64,000 nucleotides of DNA from an uncultured Bacilli bacterium (GTDB taxonomy: Bacteria > Bacillota_I > Bacilli_A > RF39 > UBA660): NCBI GenBank assembly GCA_934148845.1, contig CAKPDH010000001.1:251963-315962 (forward strand), in the 5' to 3' direction. Shown in pieces: positions 31,366 through 42,015 of the stretch. Both the position numbers and the translations under genes were made by a program. Under the pieces are notes generated by a model, which saw only the letters and a program-made list of their open reading frames with translations, had not been told where the DNA came from and did not search any database. Position 1 is the first letter of the stretch. Each line of letters begins with the position of its first letter.

Positions 31366-33360
31366 CTATTGGCTACAAGTTTTAATTTTTAATTTATTAT
31401 TTTTAATCTTAAATATAATACTTCCATCTATGTCTGTTCTATATATTTTTGAATTACTTAGATTATTCAAGACTTCTTTATTAGGATGTCCATAACGATT
31501 ATTCTTTCCAACACTAATTATTGAGTACTTTGGGTTTGCCTCATTTATAAAAGACTTACTACTGCTTGTCTTACTTCCATGGTGTCCAATTTTTAATACA
31601 TCAATACCAGATATATTATATTTATTTAATATGTCTTTCTCTTTTTCTACTCCAGCGTCTCCCATAAACATAAACTTATAACCATCAAGTTCAGTATAAA
31701 TAACATTTGAATTATCATTTTCATTATCATATTCTTTTGTTTGTAAAAAATATAGTTTGTTATTATCTATATTTAATTTTTTAATACATGAATAATATTT
31801 TATTTTCTTTTTATCTAGTACTTTGATTAATTCTTTTTCTAATTCATTAAACTCTCCACAATTAAATACCACGTTTTTTACCTTAAAATTATTTACTAAA
31901 TTAATTGCTTCTCCCATATGGTCAAAATCTCCATGTGTAATTATAAGATAGTTTATTCTCTTTATACCATTACTTTTTAAATAACTTATTGTATTATCAA
32001 TTATATTTTTATTATACACTCCTCCTGTATCTATTAATATATTACTTTTATTTAATTTAACAAAAGTAGAATCTCCTTGCATTACGTCTAAGTATGTAAC
32101 AAAGGAATCTTTTTTAAATAGATTAATATTATTGTGAATTAATATTGTAATAAAAAGAAGTAATATATAAATATATTTTTTTCTTATAAATTTATATAAT
32201 ATGAAAGTAATTAAAATATAATAATATATTATAAAAAATATATTTATTTTAGATAATATTATTTCTATTTTATAGTTTGATATAAATAAGTTTAATTGTT
32301 CTAATATATTTATTAAATATATGTATAAATTATCTAATATAGGTATAAATAATACTAAAATAGCCATAGGAAATATTATAATTGATATAAGTGGTACAAA
32401 TATCATATTATTAAATATAGTAAGAAGATTTATACTAAAATAATTATTAATTAATATAGGTATACTAGACATAAAAGCTATTAAAGATGTAATAAATATC
32501 TTTTTTATATATGTATTACATCTTCTAATTAATAAGTTAAATATAATTAAATAAAATGATACGATATAACTAAATTTAAAGCCTATATTATATATACTAA
32601 AAGGATTTATTATTATTGCAATAGTAAAACATAATATAAATATTTTATAATTTTTTATATTAAAATTTAGTATTCTATTAAATGTATAAAGTATAAAGAA
32701 TAATAAAGAGCGTATTACTGATAATGAAAAACCAGTAAGAAATGAAAATATAAATAAAAATATTATAGTTATAATATAGTTTATATTACCTTTTTTAATT
32801 TTATTTAAAATAAATAATATAATAGTTGATATTAAAGATATATGACTACCTGATATTGAAAATAAATGGCTTATGCCATTTATTCTATATGAAGTTTTAA
32901 TATTTTTTTTATATAATTATTATAACCTAGTATAAATGAGTATAAATATTCACGTGTTTTTAATTTATCTATTCTTTTTATTATATATTTTTTTAATTCA
33001 TATAATAATGATGTATTTTTCTTTAATATAGTTATATTATCTGCATGCATCTTATAATAAGTTTTTTTACTTAACATATATTTTTTATAATTAAATAAAT
33101 TAAATATACTATTTTCTTCATATGAAGATAAAGTTCCACTTGCTTTAATTTTATCTCCTAAGTTAATATTCATATTTGATTTATTAAAGTATACTCTAAC
33201 ATTTTCTTTATTTTTAACTGTATATATTATATTTTTATCACTTACTTCTATATTTGATACATATCCTATTACATACCTAGTATCTAAGTTATAATTACTA
33301 TCTACCTTTGTATATTTAATTATATATATTAAAGAAAATACTAAGAGAATTAGATAAAAT
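31366..33360 (-). pseudogene. comEC: comEC (DNA internalisation channel), apparently disrupted
   Basis: All three ComEC domains are present: the N-terminal DUF4131-like region (...MNINLGDKIKASGTL...), the competence domain (HLFSISGSHISL) and the MBL domain (HGDFDHMG...GHHGSK). The reading frame shifts by -1 after the T8 run at 32903..32910. No ATG, GTG or TTG start lies upstream of MNINL. Confidence 0.65.
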
Positions 33361-33363
33361 ACA

Positions 33364-34065
33364 TTAGAGTTTAATATAATCTTTAATTTTTGAATAAAGT
33401 TTATCCCCTATACCAGAGACATTTTTAATATCTTCTATATTTTTAAATTCTCCATTCTTTTCTCTATATTCTATAATAGCCTTAGCCTTAGTTTCTCCAA
33501 GATATGGTATATTAATTAAATCTTCTACTGTACAAGTATTAATGGATACTAAAGCACTTTTTACGTCATTATCTAAATTATCACTAGTACCATTTGTATT
33601 AACAGTATCATCTTTATTAATACAAGCATCATTTATATTATCAGGACATACACATTCATATTCAATATATATAATTTCTTTATCTTGCTTTTTATATTTT
33701 TCTACTTCGTCATTAGAATATATTATTATAATCATTTCATCGGTTATTTTTTTGCTTAAATTAATATACTCTGTATTAGCGCCATCTATAAGTCCACCCG
33801 ATAATTTTATTACATCAATTATTCTACTATCTTTTGCAAGCTCATATACTCCAGGCTTTTTTACAAAGCCTTTTATATCTACTTTTAATAATTCTGGTTC
33901 TTTATTTTCTACACTTGTTATATTTTCTATATTAGTATTATCTAATTCTTTAGTATCTTCTACTTTTCCTTGTACATCTATAACTACAAATAATAATATC
34001 ACTAAAATTAATATTATTAATATAAATAATTTATATTTATCTAAATAGTATTTTATTTTATTCAT
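33364..34065 (-). CDS. comEA: ComEA (DNA receptor; SLBB plus tandem HhH)
   Basis: TM anchor, then GFVKKPGVYELAKDSRIIDVIKLSGG (SLBB), then C-terminal EDLINIPYLGETKAKAIIEYREKNGEFKNIEDIKNVSGIGDKLYSKI (HhH). Confidence 0.85.
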   Translation of the reverse strand: MNKIKYYLDKYKLFILIILILVILLFVVIDVQGKVEDTKELDNTNIENITSVENKEPELLKVDIKGFVKKPGVYELAKDSRIIDVIKLSGGLIDGANTEYINLSKKITDEMIIIIYSNDEVEKYKKQDKEIIYIEYECVCPDNINDACINKDDTVNTNGTSDNLDNDVKSALVSINTCTVEDLINIPYLGETKAKAIIEYREKNGEFKNIEDIKNVSGIGDKLYSKIKDYIKL

Positions 34066-34127
34066 GTATCTCCTTCTGTGATTTTCCTATATATATAATA
34101 CTATTTTTTTTACTATTTTCCTTTTAC

Positions 34128-34160
34128 ATGCAAAAAAAGTGATAAAAATCACTTTTTTAA
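34128..34160 (-). terminator. Intrinsic terminator hairpin (aagtgat-tttt-atcactt) plus a T-tract
   Basis: Minus strand reads aaaaaagtgatttttatcactttttttgc. It lies at the 3' end of the GC-enriched ORF-free region. Confidence 0.5.
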
Positions 34161-34770
34161 TGGCTTTAATACAGTTAATCTTGCGTCATAGGTCAAGTTG
34201 GATTTCCCTAAATCTTACTCATCGTTACCAATAAAGCGGTTCCCCTTTAAAAGATTTAATACAAAGTATTACTTGATTACCACTCAGTACGCACTGCAAT
34301 CCTATACTAATTCACTCTAGGAGATTTCCTCACCAGTTATTTATTATTAATTCTTTTTTGCAAATAACATTTCAAATTGCATTCTTATAGATTCTAGCTA
34401 TAAACTTATAAGAATGTTAATCAATTATCCCTATTACTCACTCAAGACTAGCTACACTACCCATAACTTTCATCACGAGGTAGGTTTAATCCTATTTCGT
34501 ATTAGATCCATCAGTTTGTTCGTATAGGTCTAACACAAGAATAGGTCTCCACGGATGGTGGGTCATTTACATATGCCATTATGGATGCCCAACATCCTCA
34601 TTTCCAGCACTCACCCCAATCTGGGCGAAAGAAGCAAGCACAAGAAGTTTCACAGGTGTGCTATTGAACGGATTTTTAGCCCCGCCTTCATAATAAATAT
34701 TCTGACTAGAATAATGTGCCACCACGACTAAAAGTATATCAAATTTACACATATTTGTCAAATTGAATAC
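34161..34770 (-). ncRNA. Candidate large structured non-coding RNA of about 600 nt; identity unresolved
   Basis: Roughly 38-40% GC against about 24% around it. No ORF of 60 aa or more apart from one spurious listed ORF. Multiple local hairpins (for example ggatgCCCAAcatcc, cagtGCGTactg). Ends at an intrinsic terminator just upstream of comEA. Confidence 0.3.
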
Positions 34771-34807
34771 TTCTAATATATTATATTCTAAATAACACTA
34801 TTATTCC

Positions 34808-35308
34808 CTAATTTAAATACTTATTTATTTCTGAATCAATAAGCTTAACGAATTTTTTATTATTACTTTTATACTTTTTAGGCTTAAAAGATTTTATTTT
34901 ATCTAAAACTAAATCCAAATGTTCAAAATCATCTAAAGATAAAATATACCCTGCATCTTTAAAATTTTCAATTATTTGTAATTGATGATCATTAGTATGT
35001 TCCTTATATTTAGAAAGACGTGCTGCTGCTATTACTTTTTTATTTTTATTTAATCCAGATATTATGGAACCTACCCCACCATGTGTTATTAATATATCAC
35101 ATTTTGATATAAGATTTTCATATTCATCCATTGGTATTAAATCAAATATTTTCATTTTTTTAGATTTAAAATCACTACAGCTTCCTGCTTGTACAATAAC
35201 TTCATCTTTTATATTTCCGTTATTTATTTGCTTTTCAACTGCAGAAAGTAACCTATAAAATTTTTTATCTTGAGTACCTAATGTTACTAAAATCATTAAA
35301 AAATCCAA
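34808..35308 (-). CDS. Alg13-like glycosyltransferase subunit (Cps14G/EpsF-like; GT28 C-terminal domain)
   Basis: 166 aa with ...CDILITHGGVGSI..., partnered with an adjacent Alg14-like domain. Confidence 0.65.
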   Translation of the reverse strand: MDFLMILVTLGTQDKKFYRLLSAVEKQINNGNIKDEVIVQAGSCSDFKSKKMKIFDLIPMDEYENLISKCDILITHGGVGSIISGLNKNKKVIAAARLSKYKEHTNDHQLQIIENFKDAGYILSLDDFEHLDLVLDKIKSFKPKKYKSNNKKFVKLIDSEINKYLN

Positions 35309-37146
35309 CCTCCATATATTGCTTTAGGATAAAGCTTCATCATCTCTTCCCACTGTACTATAAAAGTATCAGCTATAGGAGAAATAATTTTACCTGCTAC
35401 AGTTTTTGTGTTTCTATTTGCAAATGTTTCAATATAAATTATTTTACTTCCAAAAACTTTGCCTATATAACACATAGGAACTGCAGTATGTGTTCCTGTT
35501 GTAACTATAACTTTAGGATTAATTTTTAAATATAAAATTAAACTTTTAATTATGTTATAGCTAAATTTAAAGATATATGTAAAAAGATGTAATTTAGTAC
35601 CATATACTAAATAGTAGACATTACTATATTTATCTTTTAATGTTTTATTTGATTTAGTCTTTTCAGTTACTATATAACTATCATATTTATTAAATAACTG
35701 TTTTAATTGAAGTAATTCATTCAAATGTCCACCTGTTGAAGATATAAACATAACTTTGTTATTAGTATCACTAATATATATATAATTAATTAACATTCCA
35801 TAAAGTAGTAAAAATAATGGGAAAATTTGTGTATCATATATTGCATTCTCAGCTATAGCATTCACTGCTATAAATCCCATAGTTATTAAACTACATATAA
35901 CACTTAAATTATATACTTCATTCTTTTTACTAAAATTGCTTAAAAATAATCTTGCAGGTTTAAATACTAGCATAATTAAAAATAGAATAAAAAACATTAA
36001 TGAAAAAGTACTAACTTCTGCATATAATAATACAAATGATGAATGTGGGTGTGTATACGGTAAATTATATTCTGGATGAAGTTTTTTAAATTCACTACTC
36101 TTCATATAATCAATATATGAACCAAATCCAACACCAGTATATTTATTTTCATTTGCTATAACTTTCGCTATATGAGCAAATTCTTCTCTATGTTGAAGTG
36201 AATAATCTTTATAATCAGAATCATCATCATAATCTTTATAATCATTTGGATTTTGATTATCTTTATCCTTATTAGAATTTATATCTGGCAAAAAGCTTAA
36301 AATGTTTTCAAATTTTGAAAAAATAGCTATTGCATCATCACAAGATTTAATTGCAAGCTTACTAGCGCCTGGAATATATACTGTAAGAAGTATCATAGTT
36401 AAAATTAATAGAAGAGTTTTAAAATTTATTGACATTTTATATAAAAATATTATTGCTAAAATTAATATTGCAAAAAATACTAGTAAAGCAGATCTTGTAA
36501 ATGTTAATAAAATATTTACATACGTGATAGTAGATGCAATAAATAATAATATAGTAATTAATTTATTTTTTGATTTACAGAAAGCATAAAATATTAATAC
36601 AAAAAATAAATTAATAAATATACCATAATAAATAGTATTAAAGAATGTTGTTGATATCCTACCTGTTGCACCCTCATAATATGAAATACCAGCCTTAAAT
36701 ATATCTTTATCAAATAAGTATTCTAATATTCCAATGCCACCTAAAATTAACAAGGATATAATAATTACTTTAAAAAATATTAAATATTCTTGTTTTTTAA
36801 AATTATACTTATATGCTATAAAAAATAAACAATATGCAACTATGAATTTTAAAAATGTATAAATACTTACTATAAAATTTCTTGTTGCAGATAAAGATGG
36901 TATAGCAAATATTATAAAAAGAAGATATATAAATGTTATTAATTTATAATTATTTTTATTTATGCTTATTTTCTTTTTATATAACATTATAAAAAAGATT
37001 AAAATAAATAGAAAACTAAGACCAATTCTAACAGGTATACCCTTAAAATTTGTTACTGATTTAGGTATAAATATAAGTAGTAATATATATATTAAAGCAG
37101 AATAAAATAACATATTATGAGTTTTTAGTTTTTGTTTTAAATTCAT
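35296..37146 (-). CDS. Fusion of an O-antigen-ligase/Wzy_C-like multi-TM domain with a C-terminal Alg14-like (Cps14F/EpsE-like) domain
   Basis: N-terminal 450 aa has about 10-12 TM segments plus TFTRSALL and YTHPHSSFVLLYAEVS (Wzy_C-like). C-terminal 150 aa (MFISSTGGHLNELLQL...VTTGTHTAVPMCYIGKVFGSKIIYIETFAN) is Alg14-like. Confidence 0.6.
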   Translation of the reverse strand: MNLKQKLKTHNMLFYSALIYILLLIFIPKSVTNFKGIPVRIGLSFLFILIFFIMLYKKKISINKNNYKLITFIYLLFIIFAIPSLSATRNFIVSIYTFLKFIVAYCLFFIAYKYNFKKQEYLIFFKVIIISLLILGGIGILEYLFDKDIFKAGISYYEGATGRISTTFFNTIYYGIFINLFFVLIFYAFCKSKNKLITILLFIASTITYVNILLTFTRSALLVFFAILILAIIFLYKMSINFKTLLLILTMILLTVYIPGASKLAIKSCDDAIAIFSKFENILSFLPDINSNKDKDNQNPNDYKDYDDDSDYKDYSLQHREEFAHIAKVIANENKYTGVGFGSYIDYMKSSEFKKLHPEYNLPYTHPHSSFVLLYAEVSTFSLMFFILFLIMLVFKPARLFLSNFSKKNEVYNLSVICSLITMGFIAVNAIAENAIYDTQIFPLFLLLYGMLINYIYISDTNNKVMFISSTGGHLNELLQLKQLFNKYDSYIVTEKTKSNKTLKDKYSNVYYLVYGTKLHLFTYIFKFSYNIIKSLILYLKINPKVIVTTGTHTAVPMCYIGKVFGSKIIYIETFANRNTKTVAGKIISPIADTFIVQWEEMMKLYPKAIYGGWIF

Positions 37147-37147
37147 C

Positions 37148-38107
37148 TTAATTACCTCCTAATCTATACATTATTTTAGCTATTAACTTATTAAATATAA
37201 GTAAGTATAAGCCCTTTTTATTAGTATAAAAATATTTATTTTTTTTATAATTTGGAAAATTATTTTTTACATTTTTTATTGCATCATTTACGGCTTTATC
37301 ATACATTTTTTTATCTTTAAAATAAGTAGCTCTTTTTATGAAAGTTGCATATAAATATCTAACATAGCAATATTCTAATTCATTTTTATAATCAAAAAAT
37401 AAGTTATTATCTTTATAATATTTTATTATTCCATTCCAATTATCAATATAGTCCCATAAACGTTTATCAAATGTTTTAGTAATAGCCCCATCTCTTTGTA
37501 CATAATTAACAAATGGTTTTTTTACTACACCAATAGAATTTATATATGGATATAGTCTATATATAAACTCAACATCCTCAAACCAAACTTTTTCTTTAAA
37601 AAATATTTTATTATCAAATAGTGATTTTTTATATATTTTATTCCAACATGCTGGATATATAGATATCATGCTTCTTTTTATATCTTCTTTAGTAGTTAAA
37701 TCTTTTTCTATATTTGAATATGCATTAACAGTATGGTCCTCATAAACATATTTTAAGTCACATACTACTACATCAAAATCTCCTGAAATTGCTTTATTAT
37801 ACATATTTAAATACATATCGCTATCTATATAATCATCACTATCTAAAAAAGCTATATAACTTCCACTAGCATGCTTTAAGCCATAGTTTCTGGCACTAGA
37901 AAGTCCTCCATTTTCTTTAATATATGATTTAATATTTTTATAATTTTTCTTATATTTATCTATAATTTTTTGACTATTATCTTTAGTACCATCGTTAACA
38001 ATAATTATTTCAATATCATTTAAAGTTTGATTTAATATACTGTCTAAACATTTTTCCAAATATTTTTCAACATTATAAACAGGTACAATAACACTTAATT
38101 TTACCAC
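37148..38107 (-). CDS. Glycosyltransferase family 2
   Basis: LSVIVPVYNVEKYLEKCLDSILNQT...VNDGTKD...DSDD. Confidence 0.85.
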   Translation of the reverse strand: MVKLSVIVPVYNVEKYLEKCLDSILNQTLNDIEIIIVNDGTKDNSQKIIDKYKKNYKNIKSYIKENGGLSSARNYGLKHASGSYIAFLDSDDYIDSDMYLNMYNKAISGDFDVVVCDLKYVYEDHTVNAYSNIEKDLTTKEDIKRSMISIYPACWNKIYKKSLFDNKIFFKEKVWFEDVEFIYRLYPYINSIGVVKKPFVNYVQRDGAITKTFDKRLWDYIDNWNGIIKYYKDNNLFFDYKNELEYCYVRYLYATFIKRATYFKDKKMYDKAVNDAIKNVKNNFPNYKKNKYFYTNKKGLYLLIFNKLIAKIMYRLGGN

Positions 38108-39057
38108 TATTTGCCACCCAATTTCTTTATAATTTTACAAGTATTTAGCATACCTTTTGACGCAAAAAAGCAAAATATTTTAAATTTATAGCTTTTCATC
38201 TTATAAATTACATTTTTTCTATAGTTTGGATAATTTTTTTTCATATATTTAGTTATATAAATACAATTTTTTTGTCCCTCATCAAAAGATAAAAATCTTA
38301 AATATGCACTATATAATAAATGTTCTATGTTTAAATATTCTAAGACAAAAAAGTATTTATCACTTCTTAATTTAAATTGTTCATTCAAATATTTCATTAT
38401 AATAAATATATCTTCCAATTTCTTAGAATATTTTTTTTGATTCATTGATGAATTATCTCTTATAACATAATAGTATAATTCTTGATCAATAAAAGAAATT
38501 TTTTTTGCATATATACCAAGTAGTGGTATTACTGCAAGATCTTCATATATACACTTTTCTTTAAAAAATATATTATTTTCTATAAAAAGTGACTTTTTAT
38601 ATAATCTACCAACAGGACCTGAGTGAGAAATCATATAATTAACATTATCATCATCACATAATTTATTGAAATTAACAAATTTTTCTTCATGTGATGAATA
38701 CTTTTTTATTAAATTACAAATAGAAATATCCGAATCATTTTCCTTCATAGAATTATATAGTTTCTCTATCATATCATTTTTTATATAATCATCACTATCT
38801 ACAAATGTAATAAGCGACCCAGTAGATAATTTTATTCCTAAATTACGTGCTGAGCCTTGACCACTATTTTTTATAGTTCTTACAACTAATCTAGAATCAC
38901 TTATTGAATCTAATACCTTTAAAGTATTATCAGTAGATCCATCGTTTATAACAATTACTTCAATATTTTTATATGTTTGATTTAATATACTATCTATACA
39001 TTTCTTAATTCTTTTTTCTTCATTATAAGCTGGAACAATAACACTAATTTTATTCAT
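38107..39057 (-). CDS. Glycosyltransferase family 2
   Basis: ISVIVPAYNEEKRIKKCIDSILNQTY...DSDD. Confidence 0.85.
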   Translation of the reverse strand: MNKISVIVPAYNEEKRIKKCIDSILNQTYKNIEVIVINDGSTDNTLKVLDSISDSRLVVRTIKNSGQGSARNLGIKLSTGSLITFVDSDDYIKNDMIEKLYNSMKENDSDISICNLIKKYSSHEEKFVNFNKLCDDDNVNYMISHSGPVGRLYKKSLFIENNIFFKEKCIYEDLAVIPLLGIYAKKISFIDQELYYYVIRDNSSMNQKKYSKKLEDIFIIMKYLNEQFKLRSDKYFFVLEYLNIEHLLYSAYLRFLSFDEGQKNCIYITKYMKKNYPNYRKNVIYKMKSYKFKIFCFFASKGMLNTCKIIKKLGGK

Positions 39058-39060
39058 AAA

Positions 39061-40059
39061 TCACCTTTTAAAGATTTCCCTTTTAATTATTCTTAAAAAA
39101 ACAAATAATTTATATCTAGTTTTACTAGTCTTTATTATTCTTTCCTTTTTTGGCATATTTAATATTACATTTGATTTTTTCCAATTTGGAAACTCATTAT
39201 TTAAAAACTTAAACATTTTATCAATATAACTATAATTATCACTAAATGAGCCTACCTTAATTAATGAAAGTAATCCTTTTTGTATTTGTAATACTGACAT
39301 TTCTTGTACTTGGTCATATATATTATTATAATCTTCTTTATCCTTTAAATAATTTACAACATCTTCTATTATAAAATAAATATCTTTATCTTTAACACTT
39401 ATAGTACAAGTCTCACCTGAATCATTTATTCTATAATAATATAAAGCTTTATCGACTTTAGAGATTTTTTTTGCTGAAGACAACGCCTTTATAACAAAAT
39501 TTAAATCCTCATACTTTAGTTTTTCTGGAAATTTAATATTTTCTATAAGAGATTTTTTATATAATTTATTCCAAGGACAATAAGCTACGGAATTAATTAT
39601 TAAAGGTTCTTTATATATTGATTTATTATATATTTTTATATCACCGCAAATTTTTTTTTCTTTATTTACATTATTAAATTTTATATAATCACATACAGCT
39701 ATATCTGAATTATTTTTAATTATACTTTCCATTAAAGATGAATACATATCATCTAAAACATAATCATCGCTATCTAAGAAGGCTATATAATCACCAGTTG
39801 AAAGATTTATACCTTTATTTCTAGTAGCACCTATACCAATGTTTTTTTGATCAATTATTTTAAATCTTGTATCACTTCCAACGTTATTTTTGATTCTTTT
39901 TAAAGTACTATCTTTTGATCCATCATTAATTATAATAAATTCAATATTTTTATATGTTTGCCTTTTTAAAGAATTAATACATTCATCAATATATTTTTCT
40001 ACATTATATGCTGGAACTATTACCGAAATTTTATTCTCATTCATTTTATCACCTAACAA
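39061..40059 (-). CDS. Glycosyltransferase family 2
   Basis: ISVIVPAYNVEKYIDECINSLKRQTY...DSDD. Confidence 0.85.
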   Translation of the reverse strand: MLGDKMNENKISVIVPAYNVEKYIDECINSLKRQTYKNIEFIIINDGSKDSTLKRIKNNVGSDTRFKIIDQKNIGIGATRNKGINLSTGDYIAFLDSDDYVLDDMYSSLMESIIKNNSDIAVCDYIKFNNVNKEKKICGDIKIYNKSIYKEPLIINSVAYCPWNKLYKKSLIENIKFPEKLKYEDLNFVIKALSSAKKISKVDKALYYYRINDSGETCTISVKDKDIYFIIEDVVNYLKDKEDYNNIYDQVQEMSVLQIQKGLLSLIKVGSFSDNYSYIDKMFKFLNNEFPNWKKSNVILNMPKKERIIKTSKTRYKLFVFLRIIKREIFKR

Positions 40060-40993
40060 ATATTTTATATAGTTTTGGATTAATATAAACTAAAACTTTT
40101 TTTATTATACTTTTTATATTTGTACATCTAAATAGTTTATATGCTTTTATTTTTCTTAATTCTCTTAAATAAATTTTTCTATCAAATTTATTTATATCAT
40201 AATATTTTTTTATAACAGTTGTCATTAAATAATTAGCAATTATATTTCTAGTATTAGAGTCCATTTCCATATTAAGGAACTCATAATTTAATATTCCCAT
40301 CTGATATAATGTATCAAATGACTTTTTAAATACTTTACTGTACTCCAAACTTTTTGTTATACTTCCTTCTCTTTGCAAATAATTATACCCAACATAATAA
40401 ATACTAGATACTGTTTTGGCACGCGCTATAACATATGGAATTAATCCGAAATCTTCATGATATCTTGAATCACAAAAACTAAATTTATTTCTTTTATAAA
40501 ATTCTGATTTATACGCATATATTACTGCCGTTTCAAATGTTTTATGACTTAATATTAACTTACTTAATGCATCAATACCAGATAATTTATTAAATACAGG
40601 AAGTTCATTAACTACAAAGATATTTTTTTTATCATAGTATTTTTGCAATCTATAACATATTAAATCATCAAAAGTTTTATTAATCTGCTCACTTAGTTTT
40701 AATAACAAATCAGGCTCTAACCAATCGTCTGAATCAACAAATAAGATATATTTTGAAGAAGATTTTAAAACTCCATAGTTTCTAGCACTAGAAAGTCCTC
40801 CATTTTCTTTACTATAAATTTTTACTTTATCTTTATATTTTTTATTTAATATATTTAAAGTATTATCAGTTGACCCATCGTTTATAACAATTACTTCATA
40901 ATTTTTATAGCTTTGATTTAGTATACTATCAATACACTTTTCTATATATTTTTCTACATTATATGCTGGAACTATTATACTAAAATCTTTCAC
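40049..40993 (-). CDS. Glycosyltransferase family 2
   Basis: FSIIVPAYNVEKYIEKCIDSILNQSY...DSDD. Confidence 0.85.
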   Translation of the reverse strand: MKDFSIIVPAYNVEKYIEKCIDSILNQSYKNYEVIVINDGSTDNTLNILNKKYKDKVKIYSKENGGLSSARNYGVLKSSSKYILFVDSDDWLEPDLLLKLSEQINKTFDDLICYRLQKYYDKKNIFVVNELPVFNKLSGIDALSKLILSHKTFETAVIYAYKSEFYKRNKFSFCDSRYHEDFGLIPYVIARAKTVSSIYYVGYNYLQREGSITKSLEYSKVFKKSFDTLYQMGILNYEFLNMEMDSNTRNIIANYLMTTVIKKYYDINKFDRKIYLRELRKIKAYKLFRCTNIKSIIKKVLVYINPKLYKIFVR

Positions 40994-42011
40994 TTTTTAA
41001 CACAACCTTTTTTACTTTTCTAATACACTTATTTGGAAATTTAACTAACTTATTTAAATTTAAAAATAATTTAAAAATATTTTTTTTATTATTAAATAAA
41101 TTATATATTTTATACTTTAATGAAAGTGATTTCATATCTTTTAAGTAAGCATATTCTTTATCAAATTCTTTTACTTTATTATATTTTGCACTATATTCTA
41201 GTCTTATTTTAGAATATTTTATTTTTACTTTATTAATTAAATTTATTTTATTTTCTATATCCATATTATTTAACACATTTAATATTATATCTTCATATCC
41301 ATTATATTTATTAATATATTCAATATAATTTTTTTGATTATGCGAGTGACTATTACTACGCTCATAATATATATATCCAACTTTATTTATATACCCGCAT
41401 TTTTCATAATAAGATATTGGTAGCAACATCTGAAAATTTTGCCCCCATCTTGATATATATATACTCATTCCACCATTAGACTTCTTAAATGAATCAGTTC
41501 TAGCCATATAGCACCCATCACAGTAGTAAATGCCTTTATCAAATAAAAAATCATAAAATAAATTTTCTTTTTTATTATTATTATCATTCCTTTTTATTCT
41601 ATATATAGGTTTACTTAAATCTGATTCTGAGTATGCAAGTGCTTCAGTCCTAACATAGCCATATTCTAAGTTTTGCTCTAAAAAGTCCACTTTCATAGAA
41701 ATTGAATTAGGGGTTAATTTATCATCTGAATCAGGCCAAGTTAAATATTTTCCCTTAACATATTTTAATCCATTATTTAATGCCCCAGAAGCTCCAAGAT
41801 TATCCTGCTTTATATATTTAAAATTAGAAAGCTTATCATTCAATTTATCTTTATATTTTTCTACTATAGAGCTAGTATTATCAGTTGACCCATCATTCAC
41901 TAGTATTAATTCTATATTAGAATAATCTTGATCTAATATAGAAAGTAAAAATCTTTCTATATATTTTTCTCCATTATATACAGGAGATAAAATTGTTACT
42001 AATGGTTTCAT
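40980..42011 (-). CDS. Glycosyltransferase family 2
   Basis: VTILSPVYNGEKYIERFLLSILDQDY...DSDD. Confidence 0.8.
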   Translation of the reverse strand: MKPLVTILSPVYNGEKYIERFLLSILDQDYSNIELILVNDGSTDNTSSIVEKYKDKLNDKLSNFKYIKQDNLGASGALNNGLKYVKGKYLTWPDSDDKLTPNSISMKVDFLEQNLEYGYVRTEALAYSESDLSKPIYRIKRNDNNNKKENLFYDFLFDKGIYYCDGCYMARTDSFKKSNGGMSIYISRWGQNFQMLLPISYYEKCGYINKVGYIYYERSNSHSHNQKNYIEYINKYNGYEDIILNVLNNMDIENKINLINKVKIKYSKIRLEYSAKYNKVKEFDKEYAYLKDMKSLSLKYKIYNLFNNKKNIFKLFLNLNKLVKFPNKCIRKVKKVVLKSERF

Positions 42012-42015
42012 TTCA

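Noticed and set aside
34579-34761. 60-aa ORF inside the GC-enriched region.
   Set aside because: It lies within the putative structured RNA. There is no RBS, and the composition reflects local GC rather than coding signal.
34161-34770. Identity of the putative RNA as RNase P, tmRNA or SRP RNA.
   Set aside because: The universally conserved cores are absent on either strand, as far as recalled: GGAAAGUCC and ACAGAA for RNase P, the ANDENYALAA tag frame with a 3' tRNA-like CCA end for tmRNA, and GGAAGCAGC for SRP domain IV.
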